Shown here in pieces: positions 1-10,770 of a stretch of DNA of 64,000 bases. Each line of letters opens with the position of its first letter. The first letter of the stretch is position 1. Origin of the DNA: an uncultured Clostridia bacterium. GTDB taxonomy: Bacteria; Bacillota; Clostridia; UBA1381. The notes under the pieces were generated by a model. That model was not told the origin of the DNA, did no database searches, and saw nothing but the letters and a program-made list of their open reading frames with translations. Position numbers and translations under genes: made by a program. Where the stretch lies: assembly GCA_934501535.1 (NCBI GenBank), contig CAKSUM010000007.1, positions 47,578 through 111,577 on the forward strand, in the 5' to 3' direction.

Positions 1-2
1 AA

Positions 3-98
3 TTCAACGAGAAAACAAAACGTGCCGTATGCCTGGTTCTGGCAGTCGCCATGATGATTCCGATTGCAATTGGAATAGTGTCAATGTTTTTATCGTAA
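3..98 (+). CDS. C-terminal tail of an upstream membrane protein (partial, runs off the left edge)
   Basis: Frame 3 is open from the window edge to TAA at 96-98. The translated tail FNEKTKRAVCLVLAVAMMIPIAIGIVSMFLS looks like a terminal TM helix. Confidence 0.3.
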   Translation, partial: FNEKTKRAVCLVLAVAMMIPIAIGIVSMFLS

Positions 99-122
99 AT
101 ATATTTTGAACGGAGTGAAATC

Positions 123-776
123 ATGTCTGAAAAGAAAAGTGTACGGCAGATATTGCTTGCTGTTCTTGCAGCAATACTTGCCTTTATAATCATTGTCGCG
201 GCAGCAGGCTTTTGCTATTATCGGTTTTACATAATGCCGAAATACAATGAGGCTGTGCAGCAAAGCGGAGATGACCGCAAAGAGCTTACAAACGAAGATA
301 TTTTTTCTTTTGCGAAGCTGTTTTCCAATCCGCATTTTCTCGAAAATCTGAAAAATTTTGACAAGGAATCCGCACCCGAGGTTCTTAACATTCTCGAAGA
401 GCTTGAACAGGAAAATCCGGCTCCTGAATCCTCACCGCAAGCCGGTGAAAATTCCGTGCCCGATTCACCTGCTGTGTCCTCCGGGAAAAATACACACATT
501 TCCGACCAACAGCTGCACGAAACAACCGATAAAGTCGGCAAAACCGCAGAATCTGTAAACAAAAAAAGCGCGTATGACCGCATAATGGCAGCGGCGGATA
601 AAGATGAAATAATGGAAGGAATGGCTATAATCTCGAAGGTGGATATGTCTACGGTAAACAAACTCAGAAGCGAGGGAAATTCCGCAGGACTTAAAGCATA
701 CATCAAAAGCGTGCTCACATCATCGGAGATTTCCGCAAGCCTCAGGCTGTACAACAAATACAAACATTTGCTTTAA
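123..776 (+). CDS. hypothetical membrane-anchored protein (single N-terminal TM helix, polar low-complexity tail)
   Basis: 217 aa ORF. The N-terminus ILLAVLAAILAFIIIVAAAGFCYY is a TM anchor. The rest is hydrophilic and I recognise no family motif. Confidence 0.6.
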   Translation: MSEKKSVRQILLAVLAAILAFIIIVAAAGFCYYRFYIMPKYNEAVQQSGDDRKELTNEDIFSFAKLFSNPHFLENLKNFDKESAPEVLNILEELEQENPAPESSPQAGENSVPDSPAVSSGKNTHISDQQLHETTDKVGKTAESVNKKSAYDRIMAAADKDEIMEGMAIISKVDMSTVNKLRSEGNSAGLKAYIKSVLTSSEISASLRLYNKYKHLL

Positions 777-926
777 TTTTTGAATAACCGTTCCCCGTTC
801 TGTACATAATAAATTACAGAGAAACGCACGCAATTCCATCCGGGCGTTTTTCCGTTTACGTCTTGTCTGCCCACAACATGTACGTATACGTTTATTATGT
901 GGGCGGAAAGGCTATGGGGAAACATT

Positions 927-1097
927 ATGAGTTGTAGTTGCAAACCTAACGAAAGCATTAAATGTACCGTAACAGAATGTAAAAATCATTGTAAGTCAAA
1001 GGATTTTTGTTCCCTGGACTGCATAACGGTCGGCACTCACGAGCCGAATCCGACAATGACGGAATGTACGGATTGCAAATCTTTTGAATTATCATAA
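927..1097 (+). CDS. small Cys-rich protein, DUF1540-like
   Basis: I trimmed the ORF 897..1097 to the ATG at 927, which has GGGGAA upstream. Repeated C-x-V-x-x-C ... C pattern (KCTVTECKNHCKSKDFCSLDCITVG, MTECTDCKSF) is typical of the about 60 aa DUF1540 proteins of endospore formers. Confidence 0.5.
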   Translation: MSCSCKPNESIKCTVTECKNHCKSKDFCSLDCITVGTHEPNPTMTECTDCKSFELS

Positions 1098-1111
1098 GAA
1101 TTGCGGAATAA

Positions 1112-1136
1112 GGGCAGGTTATCCTGCCTTTTTTCT
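1112..1136 (+). terminator. intrinsic terminator after the DUF1540-like gene
   Basis: GGCAGG-TTAT-CCTGCC hairpin followed by a T-run (ttttttc). Confidence 0.6.
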
Positions 1137-1153
1137 TTTATAAGGAGAAAAAA

Positions 1154-2089
1154 ATGGAAAACAAATTTAAATACACATTAGACAACAAAAGGTATCATAC
1201 CTGGAATTATTTTTTGAAACAAAAATTCGGCTGCAAAGTATTCAAGGTTGCCCTAAACGGTGGTTTTACATGTCCGAACATCGACGGAACAAAAGGCAGC
1301 GGCGGCTGTACCTATTGTCTTTCCGGCAGCGGTGAATTTGCCGGCAATCCCGAACATTCAATCTCATCTCAATTCGAAGAAGTGAAAGAAAAAATGCTAA
1401 AAAAATGGCCTGAGGCGAAATACATTCCGTATTTTCAGGCAAATACGAACACCTATGCGCCGGCAGAAATTCTGCGTGAGCGCTTTGAACCCGTACTTGC
1501 AAAAAAAGATGTTGTGGGTATTGATATATCTACGCGTCCCGACTGTCTTGCCGAAGATGTTCTTTCCTACCTTGACGAATTAAACACAAGGACATTTCTT
1601 TTGGTTGAACTCGGATTGCAGACAATTTTTGATGAAACAGGCAGTCGGATAAACCGCTGTCATACATATGCCGACTTTCTTGACGGATACGATAAACTTA
1701 AATCACGAAATATACGCACCTGTGTGCATTTGATTTTAGGACTGCCCGGCGAAACGCACGAAATGATGCTTGAGAGTGCAAAAGCAGTAGCCGCTCTGCG
1801 CCCCGATTGCGTAAAGCTCCACCTTTTGCACATTTTAAAGGGAACGAAAATGGCGAAACAATATGAAGCCGGCGAATTTGAGGTAATGACGTTAAACAAT
1901 TACGTAAATACGATTGTTGACTGCCTTGAGGTTGTTCATGAAGATACCATAATACAGCGGCTTACCGGTGACGGCGGCAGAGATGTTTTGATTGCGCCGT
2001 TATGGAGCCTGAAAAAATTTGTTGTTCTAAATGAAATCGATAAGGAAATGGTGCGCCGTAATACGTATCAGGGAGCTAAATTCAACTAA
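1154..2089 (+). CDS. radical SAM protein, TIGR01212 (YtqA/YhcC-like) family
   Basis: 311 aa. The N-terminal FGCKVFKVALNGGFTCPNIDGTKGSGGCTYC is the characteristic Cys cluster region of this family. AAGGAG RBS upstream. Confidence 0.85.
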   Translation: MENKFKYTLDNKRYHTWNYFLKQKFGCKVFKVALNGGFTCPNIDGTKGSGGCTYCLSGSGEFAGNPEHSISSQFEEVKEKMLKKWPEAKYIPYFQANTNTYAPAEILRERFEPVLAKKDVVGIDISTRPDCLAEDVLSYLDELNTRTFLLVELGLQTIFDETGSRINRCHTYADFLDGYDKLKSRNIRTCVHLILGLPGETHEMMLESAKAVAALRPDCVKLHLLHILKGTKMAKQYEAGEFEVMTLNNYVNTIVDCLEVVHEDTIIQRLTGDGGRDVLIAPLWSLKKFVVLNEIDKEMVRRNTYQGAKFN

Positions 2090-2110
2090 TAATCCGATTT
2101 AATACACAGA

Positions 2111-2144
2111 ATACGGGTATGTGCTCTGCCTCACATACCCGTAT
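2111..2144. terminator. bidirectional hairpin between convergent genes
   Basis: 13-bp perfect inverted repeat ATACGGGTATGTG / CACATACCCGTAT between the radical SAM gene (+) and the GH4 gene (-). Confidence 0.6.
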
Positions 2145-2149
2145 TTATA

Positions 2150-3535
2150 TCAATAGTCGGTCAAATATGCCTTTGTATTTTCAACCATTTCATCAAACAG
2201 CTTTTTAGCATCTGACAGTGTGATTGTAACAAGCGGGTCATTTGAAAAAGCGGTAAATGCCAAATCAAGATTTCTTGTCAGTGCCGCCTCGGTGATTATC
2301 TGCTGCTCGCCGCTGACGCGTGAAATGAGCGGATAAATTGTTTCCGGTATTTCACCTGCAAACACGGGCGTAACCGTATTTGCCGCAAAACGCGCATTTG
2401 TTTCCACCACTGCACCGAGCGGAAGATTGGGTATTTGTCCCCTATTCGGAAGATTTACATTGGTTACAAAACTTCCAAGTCCGAGCAGCGCACGGATTTG
2501 ATTTACGCCGTCCTCGCCGGTATCGTTCATTTTGAATTTTTCTTCTCCGCTGACCAGTCTTGCACTCTTTTCAAGTCTTTCTTTTAAATCATTCTTGCGC
2601 CATGCAACGGTTGTCAGTCCGAATTTCCATTCCTTTACACATTCCGGGCTTGCAAGATACCATTTTCCGGGGCAAAATTCCGCCAGATGCCTGTCGCCTG
2701 CGGCAGCAATGTATCCGAATCTCTTAAACAAATCAAATTTTACACGCTGTGCACAGGCAAACGAATTATTCATCCAGTTTTGGTCGCCGCCTTTTTCATA
2801 GCCGTTTTCATAATATTTATCAACGAGTTTGCGATATATCGGGAATAAATCTATGCCCTTGTACTGCGCTTTTGTAATCCATGTGAAGTGGTTCACGCCG
2901 ACAACATTTATATCAATATCAGCTCTTCCCGGCTTTTCGGTACCGGTCAGCTCGGCAACAGCCTCAGCAAGCAGCTTTTGTGTGCCGAAAACTTCATGGC
3001 AGCAGCCGAATGCTTTTATCTCCGGGAAAACACGGTAAAGCGTATTTACGCAAACCGTCATGGGATTTGTGTAATTAATAACCCATGCTTCCGGACAATT
3101 ATCGTGGATTGCGCGTGCAATTACCTCATACATCGGCACCGTACGCAATGCGCGTATAATTCCGCCCGGGCCCGAAGTATCTCCTACCGACTGATAAATT
3201 CCGTATTTTTCCGGCGTATGAACGTCAGATTCCATTTCGTCAAAGGTGGCAGGAAGAATTGAAATTACAACAAAATCCGCACCTTTCAGCGCCTCATCAA
3301 TCGTTTGGCAAGCCTTGTAGTTCCATACGGATTTGCAGCCATCAACATCTTTTATTGAGTTACCGATAATCTCATTATGTTTTGCCGCCTCATAATCAAT
3401 GTCATAAAGATACACGCTGCCCGATATATCGTCGGCCTGCGCCAAATCGGACATCAGCCCCCATGCCCAGCCGCGCGAGCCTCCTCCTATGTATGCGATT
3501 TTGAGCTCCTCAACGCTTGTGATATTGTGTTTCAT
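2150..3535 (-). CDS. glycoside hydrolase family 4, LplD-like alpha-galacturonidase/alpha-glycosidase (NAD and metal dependent)
   Basis: 461 aa. The N-terminal KIAYIGGGSRGWAW Rossmann motif and overall GH4-like sequence match. It is the last gene of the uxa operon. Confidence 0.8.
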   Translation of the reverse strand: MKHNITSVEELKIAYIGGGSRGWAWGLMSDLAQADDISGSVYLYDIDYEAAKHNEIIGNSIKDVDGCKSVWNYKACQTIDEALKGADFVVISILPATFDEMESDVHTPEKYGIYQSVGDTSGPGGIIRALRTVPMYEVIARAIHDNCPEAWVINYTNPMTVCVNTLYRVFPEIKAFGCCHEVFGTQKLLAEAVAELTGTEKPGRADIDINVVGVNHFTWITKAQYKGIDLFPIYRKLVDKYYENGYEKGGDQNWMNNSFACAQRVKFDLFKRFGYIAAAGDRHLAEFCPGKWYLASPECVKEWKFGLTTVAWRKNDLKERLEKSARLVSGEEKFKMNDTGEDGVNQIRALLGLGSFVTNVNLPNRGQIPNLPLGAVVETNARFAANTVTPVFAGEIPETIYPLISRVSGEQQIITEAALTRNLDLAFTAFSNDPLVTITLSDAKKLFDEMVENTKAYLTDY

Positions 3536-3552
3536 GTTATCTTTCTCCCTTC

Positions 3553-4785
3553 TTAAAATTTAAAATATTCTTTAGCGTTATTATAACAAATATCTTCGAT
3601 TATTTTTCCGAGCATTTTCATGTCGCCGGGATATTCGCCGTCCTCAACCCATTTTCCGATAAGACTGCACAAAATCCGGCGGAAATACTCATGGCGCGTA
3701 TATGATACAAAGCTTCTGCTGTCGGTGAGCATGCCGACAAATTTTGACAAAAGACCCAGATTTGCCAGTGATTTCATTTGACTTTCCATGCCGTCGCGCT
3801 GATCATTGAACCACCAGCCCGAGCCAAACTGAATTTTTCCCGCAGTCGGTGCTTTCTGAAAATTCCCGAGCATGGTCGCAAGTACGTAATTATCTTTGGG
3901 ATTGAGCGTGTACAGAATGGTTTTCGGCAGCAAATCTTCTTTTTCAAGCGTATCCATAAGCTTTGAAAGCCCCTCCGCCACTCTGAAATCATTGACCGAA
4001 TCAAATCCCGTATCCGCACCGAGCTTTTCAAACATTCTTGTGTTGTTATTGCGCAGAGCGCCTATGTGCAGTTGCATTACCCAGCCGCGTTTCGCATACT
4101 CTCTGCCGAGAAATACAAGCTTTTCTGTAATTTCATCATTCATTTCATCGACGGCATGGTCGGAAAGACGGCAGCCGTTTTCATGAAAATAATCCATTCT
4201 GTCGGTAATATCGCCTTTTATATCGTCCAAATCCGGGCGGAATGCCGGCAAAACCTTGGTCTTAAAACCATCAAGTTCCTTGATTTTTTTATGGTATTCG
4301 AGCGTATCATAGGGCTTGTCGGTAGTGCAGATTGTGTCAACGTTTGACATTGCAATGAGTCCGCGCACACGGTATTCGTCCTTTTCAAGACAGCCGTTTA
4401 CCTTATCCCATACTTCCTTTGCCGTTTCTGCGCAGAGTTGTGTATCGACGCCGAAATATCTTTTAAGCTCCAAATGCGTCCAATGGTACATCGGGTTGCC
4501 TATCATCATGGGAACACAGGCTGCAAACGCTTTCCACTTCTCAAAATCGTCCGCATCGCCGGTTATCAGTTCTTCACTGATACCTGCCGAACGCATCAGC
4601 CGCCATTTGTAGTGGTCACCGCTCAAAAAAAGGTCATATGCATTTTTGAATTTGTAGTTTTCCGCAATCTGTTTCGGCGAAATATGGCAGTGATAATCGA
4701 TTATCGGCATTTTTTCCGCATATTCGTGATACAGCTTTTTTGCGGTTTCATTTTTCAGCATAAAATCCTCGGTAATAAAAGTCAT
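3553..4785 (-). CDS. uxaC: glucuronate/galacturonate isomerase
   Basis: 410 aa. [31 protein letters not shown] and [10 protein letters not shown] are hallmark UxaC motifs. 4-nt overlap with uxaA. Confidence 0.9.
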   Translation of the reverse strand: MTFITEDFMLKNETAKKLYHEYAEKMPIIDYHCHISPKQIAENYKFKNAYDLFLSGDHYKWRLMRSAGISEELITGDADDFEKWKAFAACVPMMIGNPMYHWTHLELKRYFGVDTQLCAETAKEVWDKVNGCLEKDEYRVRGLIAMSNVDTICTTDKPYDTLEYHKKIKELDGFKTKVLPAFRPDLDDIKGDITDRMDYFHENGCRLSDHAVDEMNDEITEKLVFLGREYAKRGWVMQLHIGALRNNNTRMFEKLGADTGFDSVNDFRVAEGLSKLMDTLEKEDLLPKTILYTLNPKDNYVLATMLGNFQKAPTAGKIQFGSGWWFNDQRDGMESQMKSLANLGLLSKFVGMLTDSRSFVSYTRHEYFRRILCSLIGKWVEDGEYPGDMKMLGKIIEDICYNNAKEYFKF

Positions 4786-6149
4786 AATACTACACCGTCC
4801 TTAAAAATTGAAATTTCTTCATATCCGTTTTCTTCATTTTTTGCCGGTCTGCCCTCCGCAACCTCTTTTACGAATGCAGTCAGCTCATCTGTCAGAGACT
4901 GTCCCGAAAGACATCCTCCGGCGTTAAAATCAATCCATGCTTTTTTTCTTTCGGCAAGCTCGCTCCCCGTCGAAATTTTTATTGTCGGAACCGCCGTGCC
5001 GAGCGGTGTTCCGCGTCCTGTCGTAAACAAAATCATATGTGCTCCGGCTGCCGTAAGATTTGTGACCGCAACCATATCGTTTCCGGGACCGTACAGCAAA
5101 TTCAGACCGCGCTTTTCTGCCGTATCGCCATACCCGAGCACATCGGTAACAACAGATTTTCCGCCTTTTTGCACACAACCGAGCGATTTTTCTTCAAGAG
5201 TGGTAATTCCCCCCTCTTTATTCCCCGGCGACGGATTTTCGTATATTTCCTGTCCGTGCCTGATAAAATAATCCTTAAAGTCATTTATCATCTTTACCGT
5301 TTTGTCAAAAACAGTTCTGTCAGTGCAACGAGCCATTAAAATTCTTTCTGCGCCGAACATTTCGGGCACTTCGGTAAGGATACATGTTCCGCCGGACGAT
5401 GTATGTCTGTCACAAAATCTCCCGACAAGCGGATTTGCGGTGATGCCGGAAAGTCCGTCGCTTCCGCCGCATTTCAGTCCTATTTTAAGCTCCGAAAAAG
5501 GTATTGCCGTTCGTTTTTCTTTATTCGCCGATTCCTGCAATGCCTTTACAATGCGGGTGCCCTCCGAAATCTCGTCCTCGACATCTTGCGCATTTAAAAA
5601 TTTTACACGTTCACCGTCCCATGTTCCGAGAACCTTTTTAAACACGTCGATATTGTTGTTTTCGCACCCCAACCCGAGTACCAAAACGCCGCCGGCATTA
5701 GGGTGATTTATAATTCCGCGCAAAATTTTTTGAGTTATTTCCAAATCTCCGCCGAGCTGTGAACAGCCGAACGGGTGCGGGAAGTATTTTGCGCCGCTTT
5801 TTTCGGCAATTTTCTGTGCCGACTTATTGATGCAGCCGACGGTATTTACAATCCAAACATCATTGCGAATGCCGACTTTTCCGTCTTTGCGCCGATAGCC
5901 CATAAAGGTCCGTTCATTTTTTATCGGGCGGTATTCCGCCGCACCGGTAAATTCATATTCAAGCTTTCCTGAAAGATTTGTTTTAAGGTTATGAGTATGC
6001 ACATGTTCGCCCTTTTCAATATCACTGAGTGCATGACCTATCGGAAAACCGTATTTTATCACATTTTCACCCTTTTTTATAGGGCAGACGGCATATTTAT
6101 GTCCGTTCTCCGGATTAACTTCAACATTGTCACTTTTATTAATCAGCAT
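4782..6149 (-). CDS. uxaA: altronate dehydratase
   Basis: 455 aa. SAF-like N-terminus, then [24 protein letters not shown] and [23 protein letters not shown], which closely parallel E. coli UxaA. Confidence 0.9.
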   Translation of the reverse strand: MLINKSDNVEVNPENGHKYAVCPIKKGENVIKYGFPIGHALSDIEKGEHVHTHNLKTNLSGKLEYEFTGAAEYRPIKNERTFMGYRRKDGKVGIRNDVWIVNTVGCINKSAQKIAEKSGAKYFPHPFGCSQLGGDLEITQKILRGIINHPNAGGVLVLGLGCENNNIDVFKKVLGTWDGERVKFLNAQDVEDEISEGTRIVKALQESANKEKRTAIPFSELKIGLKCGGSDGLSGITANPLVGRFCDRHTSSGGTCILTEVPEMFGAERILMARCTDRTVFDKTVKMINDFKDYFIRHGQEIYENPSPGNKEGGITTLEEKSLGCVQKGGKSVVTDVLGYGDTAEKRGLNLLYGPGNDMVAVTNLTAAGAHMILFTTGRGTPLGTAVPTIKISTGSELAERKKAWIDFNAGGCLSGQSLTDELTAFVKEVAEGRPAKNEENGYEEISIFKDGVVL

Positions 6150-7395
6150 ATTTTATGACCTCATCAAACAGAAAACTCAAATCGGTTCCCCACAGCTTTT
6201 CGTTTGACAAAATATCGCTGACTGCCGCGGTTTTCATAAATTTTGCGATTTCTTTGTCATCATTCACTATATCGGTACGGTAAAAATTAATGAGCTGCGC
6301 AAACGAGAAAATCAGGTTTTCCGGCATCTTATCAAACCGTTTTATGTACTCCAAAATCGATGGCAGAACGCGCACGCGGAACTTGCTTACGGAGTTGAGC
6401 GCAATCGATGAAAGATAATGCTTTATATACGGATTGGAAAAACGTATCATTACATTGTCGGCATATTCCGTAAGCTCAGCCTCGGGCAAATCAAGCGTCG
6501 GAATTATCTCGTCATACACGCATTTTCTGATAAATCCGTTCATCTTTTCATCATCAAGACATTGCTTTACCGTTTCAAATCCCGACAGCAGCGCATACGG
6601 AACAAATGATGTGTGCGCACCGTTCAAAATGCGGACTTTTCGCGTGCGGTACCGCTCAAGATTATCTGTCAGAATTACATTTAAGCCGCATTTGTCAAAA
6701 GGCAGCTCGGTGAACAGCCCGTTGCAGCCCTCAATCACCCACAAATGAAAATATTCCGATGTGTTCAGCATTTTATCATCGTATCCGAGGTTTTCATCTT
6801 TCGGATACCCCGTATTTATGCGGTCAACCAGCGTATTGCAGAATATATTCTCATTTTCTGCCCATTTTTCAAAATCTTTGCCGAAATTCCAAAGCTGCGC
6901 ATATTTCAAAATGCATTCTTTTAAATTCTCACCGTTTTTATCTATAAGTTCGCACGGCAGGAATATAAACCCCGTCAGTCCCAAATCGAACCGCCGCTTC
7001 AAAAGCATGGTCACCTTTGCCGGAAAGCTTACGCGTGCACCGTTTTCAGGTCTGTCATTTTCATTAAAGCAAATTCCCGCCTCGGTTGTGTTGGAAATTA
7101 CAAATCTGAAATCCGGGTTTTCTGCCAATGCCATATATCCGCCAAAATCTTCATACGGATTTACGCACCGTGAAATTACGCTGATTTTTTTGGTTTCAAC
7201 GCCCTCCGCACCGCGGCATATGTGCGTGTATTCGCACCCCTGCGCCGTCAGAACATCACACATTCCCTTTTCAATCGGCTGCACAATGACAACACTTCCG
7301 CCAAAATCGTTTTTTTCATTCACAATCTGCAGCATCCAGTCCGCAAATCCGCGTAAAAAGCCGCCCTCTCCGAATTGTATAACCTTTTCCTTCAT
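6139..7395 (-). CDS. uxaB: tagaturonate reductase (altronate oxidoreductase), mannitol dehydrogenase family
   Basis: 418 aa. VIQFGEGGFLRGFADW, FVISNTTEAGI, PCELIDKNG and ILNGAHT parallel UxaB. First gene of the operon. Confidence 0.85.
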   Translation of the reverse strand: MKEKVIQFGEGGFLRGFADWMLQIVNEKNDFGGSVVIVQPIEKGMCDVLTAQGCEYTHICRGAEGVETKKISVISRCVNPYEDFGGYMALAENPDFRFVISNTTEAGICFNENDRPENGARVSFPAKVTMLLKRRFDLGLTGFIFLPCELIDKNGENLKECILKYAQLWNFGKDFEKWAENENIFCNTLVDRINTGYPKDENLGYDDKMLNTSEYFHLWVIEGCNGLFTELPFDKCGLNVILTDNLERYRTRKVRILNGAHTSFVPYALLSGFETVKQCLDDEKMNGFIRKCVYDEIIPTLDLPEAELTEYADNVMIRFSNPYIKHYLSSIALNSVSKFRVRVLPSILEYIKRFDKMPENLIFSFAQLINFYRTDIVNDDKEIAKFMKTAAVSDILSNEKLWGTDLSFLFDEVIKYAD

Positions 7396-7477
7396 GAAAA
7401 TTCTCCGTTCCTCCGCTTATCGCGGCACCTTATTTACCTTTTATATTGTTATTGTATATCAATTATTTTATATTTAC

Positions 7478-7522
7478 CTTGATTTTTTTGACTAAATTTC
7501 AATTTTTTCTTGATTTTTTTGA
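7478..7522. repeat. 14-nt perfect direct repeat CTTGATTTTTTTGA (7478-7491 and 7509-7522) in the uxaB / araC-type divergent promoter region
   Basis: Read directly from the sequence. The spacing is 31 nt. TATTTACCTT also occurs twice (7431-7440 and 7471-7480). Candidate operator sites. Confidence 0.35.
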
Positions 7523-7557
7523 TATAGTATGTTATAGTCCTTTTATGGAGGTATGCA

Positions 7558-8346
7558 GTGATGGACTATATTGGATTTGAAGCGGACAAGACTTTTCATT
7601 TCGGTTCACAGACGGTAAAAGATGCAATTCACGGCAATCGTCATTATCATAACCTGTTCGAGCTGTATTATCTGGAAAGCGGACGGTGCAGCTATTTTAT
7701 TGAAGATAAAATTTATGAAATGCTGCCGCGTGATATTGTTTTGATACCGGCAGGAATTATACACAATGCCGTATATCCTCCCGAGCCGCATACAAGAATG
7801 CTTATAAACTGCTCAAACGATTATATTCCGAAGGGAATTTCTTTTGATAATTTACGGTTTTACCGCTGCCGTGACACGGTAAAGCAGATATATACGCTGC
7901 TGAAACAAATAGAAAAGGAATATTTGCAGTGTGATAAATTTTCGGACACACTGCTGCGGTGCTATACGAATGAGCTGTTTATTCTTATTGCACGCAGCAA
8001 CGTACCTGAGAGCCGGCTTCACGCCAAAAATTCCTTTATTGAGGAAGTAATAAAATTTATACAGACTAATTTTCGCCGCGATATTTCCCTTACGGAAATT
8101 GCCGATGAGTTTGCGGTAAGCCCCGAGCATTTATCACGCTGTTTTAAAAAACAAACCGGATTTGGTTTAAATGAATATATAAACTTAATCCGCTTGCGTG
8201 AAGCGGAATTTCTGCTGAAGAACGAAACAAGCAAAAGTATTCTTGAAATTGCGTTTTTATGCGGCTTTAATGACAGCAATTATTTTTCATTGAAATTCAG
8301 AAAAACGTACGGCGTAACTCCTTCGGATTTCAGAAAACATTTATAA
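7558..8346 (+). CDS. AraC/XylS family transcriptional regulator (cupin sensor plus HTH), likely hexuronate operon regulator
   Basis: 262 aa. N-terminal cupin-like region. C-terminal ISLTEIADEFAVSPEHLSRCFKK ... ILEIAFLCGFNDSNYFSLKFRKTYGVTPSDFR is a double AraC HTH. GGAGG sits upstream of the GTG/ATG start. Confidence 0.85.
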   Translation: MMDYIGFEADKTFHFGSQTVKDAIHGNRHYHNLFELYYLESGRCSYFIEDKIYEMLPRDIVLIPAGIIHNAVYPPEPHTRMLINCSNDYIPKGISFDNLRFYRCRDTVKQIYTLLKQIEKEYLQCDKFSDTLLRCYTNELFILIARSNVPESRLHAKNSFIEEVIKFIQTNFRRDISLTEIADEFAVSPEHLSRCFKKQTGFGLNEYINLIRLREAEFLLKNETSKSILEIAFLCGFNDSNYFSLKFRKTYGVTPSDFRKHL

Positions 8347-8354
8347 AACATACA

Positions 8355-8385
8355 AAAAAGTGTGACAGGAAAAGTCACACTTTTT
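8355..8385. terminator. bidirectional intrinsic terminator
   Basis: AAAAAGTGTGAC / GTCACACTTTTT perfect stem flanked by A and T runs, between convergent genes. Confidence 0.65.
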
Positions 8386-8401
8386 AATTACCGATAAAAA
8401 A

Positions 8402-9319
8402 TCAATGAATTTCTTCAATATCATACGGCGTTGCCTGATATACAAAATAGTTGAGCCAATTTGAATAAAGCAAATTTGCATGACTCCGCCATGAAACAAT
8501 CGGCGGCATGGAATCGTCATTACCGGGGAAATAATTTTCCGGCACATCTATATCGAGTCCGGCATTTTTGTCACGCATGTATTCGTTCTTCAGCGTATCG
8601 GCATCATATTCGGAATGTCCGGTAACAAAAATTTGTCTGCCCTTATCGGTGGATATCACATAAACTCCGGCAACCGGCGAGGATGCAAGGATTTTCAGTT
8701 CCGGGACTTTTTCTATATCCTCTCTCCGAACCGTTGTATGCCGCGAATGAGGCACCATAAATGTATCGTCAAATCCGCGGAAAAGTATCGAATTTTTATA
8801 TTCAACATGATGCGGATAAACGCCGAAAAGCTTTTTGGAAAGCGGTTTTTTCTCAATACCGAAGTGATAATACAATCCTGCCTGTGCCGCCCAGCAAATA
8901 TGGAATGTACTCGTCACATGAGTTTTGCTCCACTCCATAATTTCGCAAAGCTCGCTCCAGTAATTTACCTCCTCAAAATCAAGCTGTTCAACCGGCGCGC
9001 CCGTAATCACCATACCGTCATATTTATTGTTTTTAACTTCATCGAAAGTTTTGTAAAAATCTATCATATGCTGCTCATCGGTATGCGTCGCTTTATGCGT
9101 TGCCGTCTGCAAAAAGTCCAGTTTAACCTGCAGCGGCGTATTTCCGAGAAGTCTGGCAAACTGAGTTTCGGTAGCAATCTTCGTCGGCATAAGGTTTAAA
9201 AGTAAAATCTTAAGCGGACGTATATCCTGCGTCAGCGCACGCGTTTCTGTTATAACAAATATATTTTCGTTATTCAAAACCTCCGTAGCCGGAAGGTCAT
9301 TCGGAATTTTTATAGGCAT
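8402..9319 (-). CDS. metA: homoserine O-acyltransferase (MetA type)
   Basis: 305 aa. [11 protein letters not shown] ... [11 protein letters not shown] ... [10 protein letters not shown] are typical MetA motifs. Its start overlaps the metY stop (TAATG). Confidence 0.9.
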   Translation of the reverse strand: MPIKIPNDLPATEVLNNENIFVITETRALTQDIRPLKILLLNLMPTKIATETQFARLLGNTPLQVKLDFLQTATHKATHTDEQHMIDFYKTFDEVKNNKYDGMVITGAPVEQLDFEEVNYWSELCEIMEWSKTHVTSTFHICWAAQAGLYYHFGIEKKPLSKKLFGVYPHHVEYKNSILFRGFDDTFMVPHSRHTTVRREDIEKVPELKILASSPVAGVYVISTDKGRQIFVTGHSEYDADTLKNEYMRDKNAGLDIDVPENYFPGNDDSMPPIVSWRSHANLLYSNWLNYFVYQATPYDIEEIH

Positions 9320-10596
9320 TATTTCACCTCGTCGAGCGCTTGCTGAATATCCGCAATTAAATCGTCAACATTTTCAATTCCGACCGACATACGTATCATA
9401 TCCGCACCGATTCCGGCGTCCGCAAGCTGTTCGTCGGTAAGCTGACGGTGCGTTGTTGACGCCGGGTGAAGAACACACGTTCTCGTGTCGGCAACATGGA
9501 CGACAATCGCTGCAAGCTTCAAGCTGTCCATAAATTTGACCGCCGCTTGTCTTCCGCCCTTAATTCCGAAAGATATAACGCCGCAGGCACCCTTTGGCAG
9601 ATATTTTTCTGCCAGCGCATAGAACTTGCCCGACGGCAGTTTAGGATAATTAACCCATGCAATTTTATCGTTGTTTTCAAGATATTCCACTATCTTAAGG
9701 GCATTGCTGCTGTGTCTTTCCATGCGCAGATGCAGCGTTTCAAGTCCCAGATTAAGCAAAAATGCATTTATTGCGCTCGGTGCAACACCAAAATCACGTA
9801 TGAGCTGTACGCGCAGCTTTGTAATATATGCCGCATCGCCGAAAGCTTCGGTATATATAAGTCCGTGATAGGAGTCATCAGGCTCGGTAAGCTCGGGGTA
9901 CTTTCCGTTATTCCAGTTAAATCTGCCGCTGTCAACTACACAGCCGCCGACAACCGAGGCATGTCCGTCCATGTACTTTGTGGTTGAATGAATTACCACG
10001 TCTGCACCGTATTCAATCGGGCGGCACAAAATCGGCGTTGCAAAAGTGTTGTCAACCAGCAGCGGAACATTATGCTTATGCGCAATATCCGCATATTTTT
10101 CAATATCAAGCACGTCCAAAGCCGGGTTTGCAATAGTTTCACCGAATACCAGTCTTGTGTTTTCGTCAAACAGACCGTCAATCTCTTCCTCCGTCATTTC
10201 GGGAGTAACAAAACGCACTTCAATACCCATGCGTTTCAATGTCACCGCAAACAAATTTATCGTTCCGCCGTAAATCGACGAAAGGCTCACAAAATTCTGA
10301 CCGCATGACGTAATATTCAGGATTGCAAGCAGGTTTGCTGCCTGTCCCGAGGTTGTAAGGGCAGCGCCTATTCCCCCCTCCATGTCGGAAATTTTTGCTT
10401 CCACACATTCAAGCGTAGGATTTGAAATTCGCGAATACATATGCCCCGGAGCTTTTAAATCAAACAGATCACCCAAATGCTCCGATGAGTCATATTTAAA
10501 CGTCGTACTCTGATATATAGGCAATACTCGCGGCCCGCCGTTTTTCGGCGTGTAACCGCTCTGAACACATTTTGTTTCAATATTATATTTCTTCAT
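9319..10596 (-). CDS. metY: O-acetylhomoserine sulfhydrylase (PLP dependent)
   Basis: I trimmed the ORF 9319..10692 to the ATG at 10596 ([15 protein letters not shown]), which has AAAGGATGA upstream. The STTKYMDGH lysine motif and the Cys/Met metabolism PLP enzyme fold pattern are present. Confidence 0.85.
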   Translation of the reverse strand: MKKYNIETKCVQSGYTPKNGGPRVLPIYQSTTFKYDSSEHLGDLFDLKAPGHMYSRISNPTLECVEAKISDMEGGIGAALTTSGQAANLLAILNITSCGQNFVSLSSIYGGTINLFAVTLKRMGIEVRFVTPEMTEEEIDGLFDENTRLVFGETIANPALDVLDIEKYADIAHKHNVPLLVDNTFATPILCRPIEYGADVVIHSTTKYMDGHASVVGGCVVDSGRFNWNNGKYPELTEPDDSYHGLIYTEAFGDAAYITKLRVQLIRDFGVAPSAINAFLLNLGLETLHLRMERHSSNALKIVEYLENNDKIAWVNYPKLPSGKFYALAEKYLPKGACGVISFGIKGGRQAAVKFMDSLKLAAIVVHVADTRTCVLHPASTTHRQLTDEQLADAGIGADMIRMSVGIENVDDLIADIQQALDEVK

Positions 10597-10770
10597 AAAA
10601 TCATCCTTTATATTTATTTCAAGCTGATTGCTTTTGGAATTTCGGCTGTATCTCCGTTCTATAAAGTCCGGCGGCACATTCGGTTCAGACACCTATTTGC
10701 CCATGAAACAACTGTCATAGCACATACCTCCCGATTTTACGTCTTAAACTTATGCCGATTTTATGCAATT

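Noticed and set aside
3553-7395. UxaC, UxaA and UxaB are all about 40-65 aa shorter than the E. coli and B. subtilis enzymes as I remember them.
   Set aside because: The catalytic motifs are intact, and the gene boundaries are fixed by overlaps and RBSs. Compact orthologs are common, so this does not indicate truncation or novelty.
9319-10692. N-terminal extensions in the ORF track for metY (10692), trkA (19766), Gfo/Idh/MocA (25580), SBP (46132), kinase (46244), GH78 (50754) and ppdK (53573).
   Set aside because: In each case an internal ATG has a good Shine-Dalgarno sequence and matches where the family N-terminus begins. The extensions run through leaders or overlap upstream genes.
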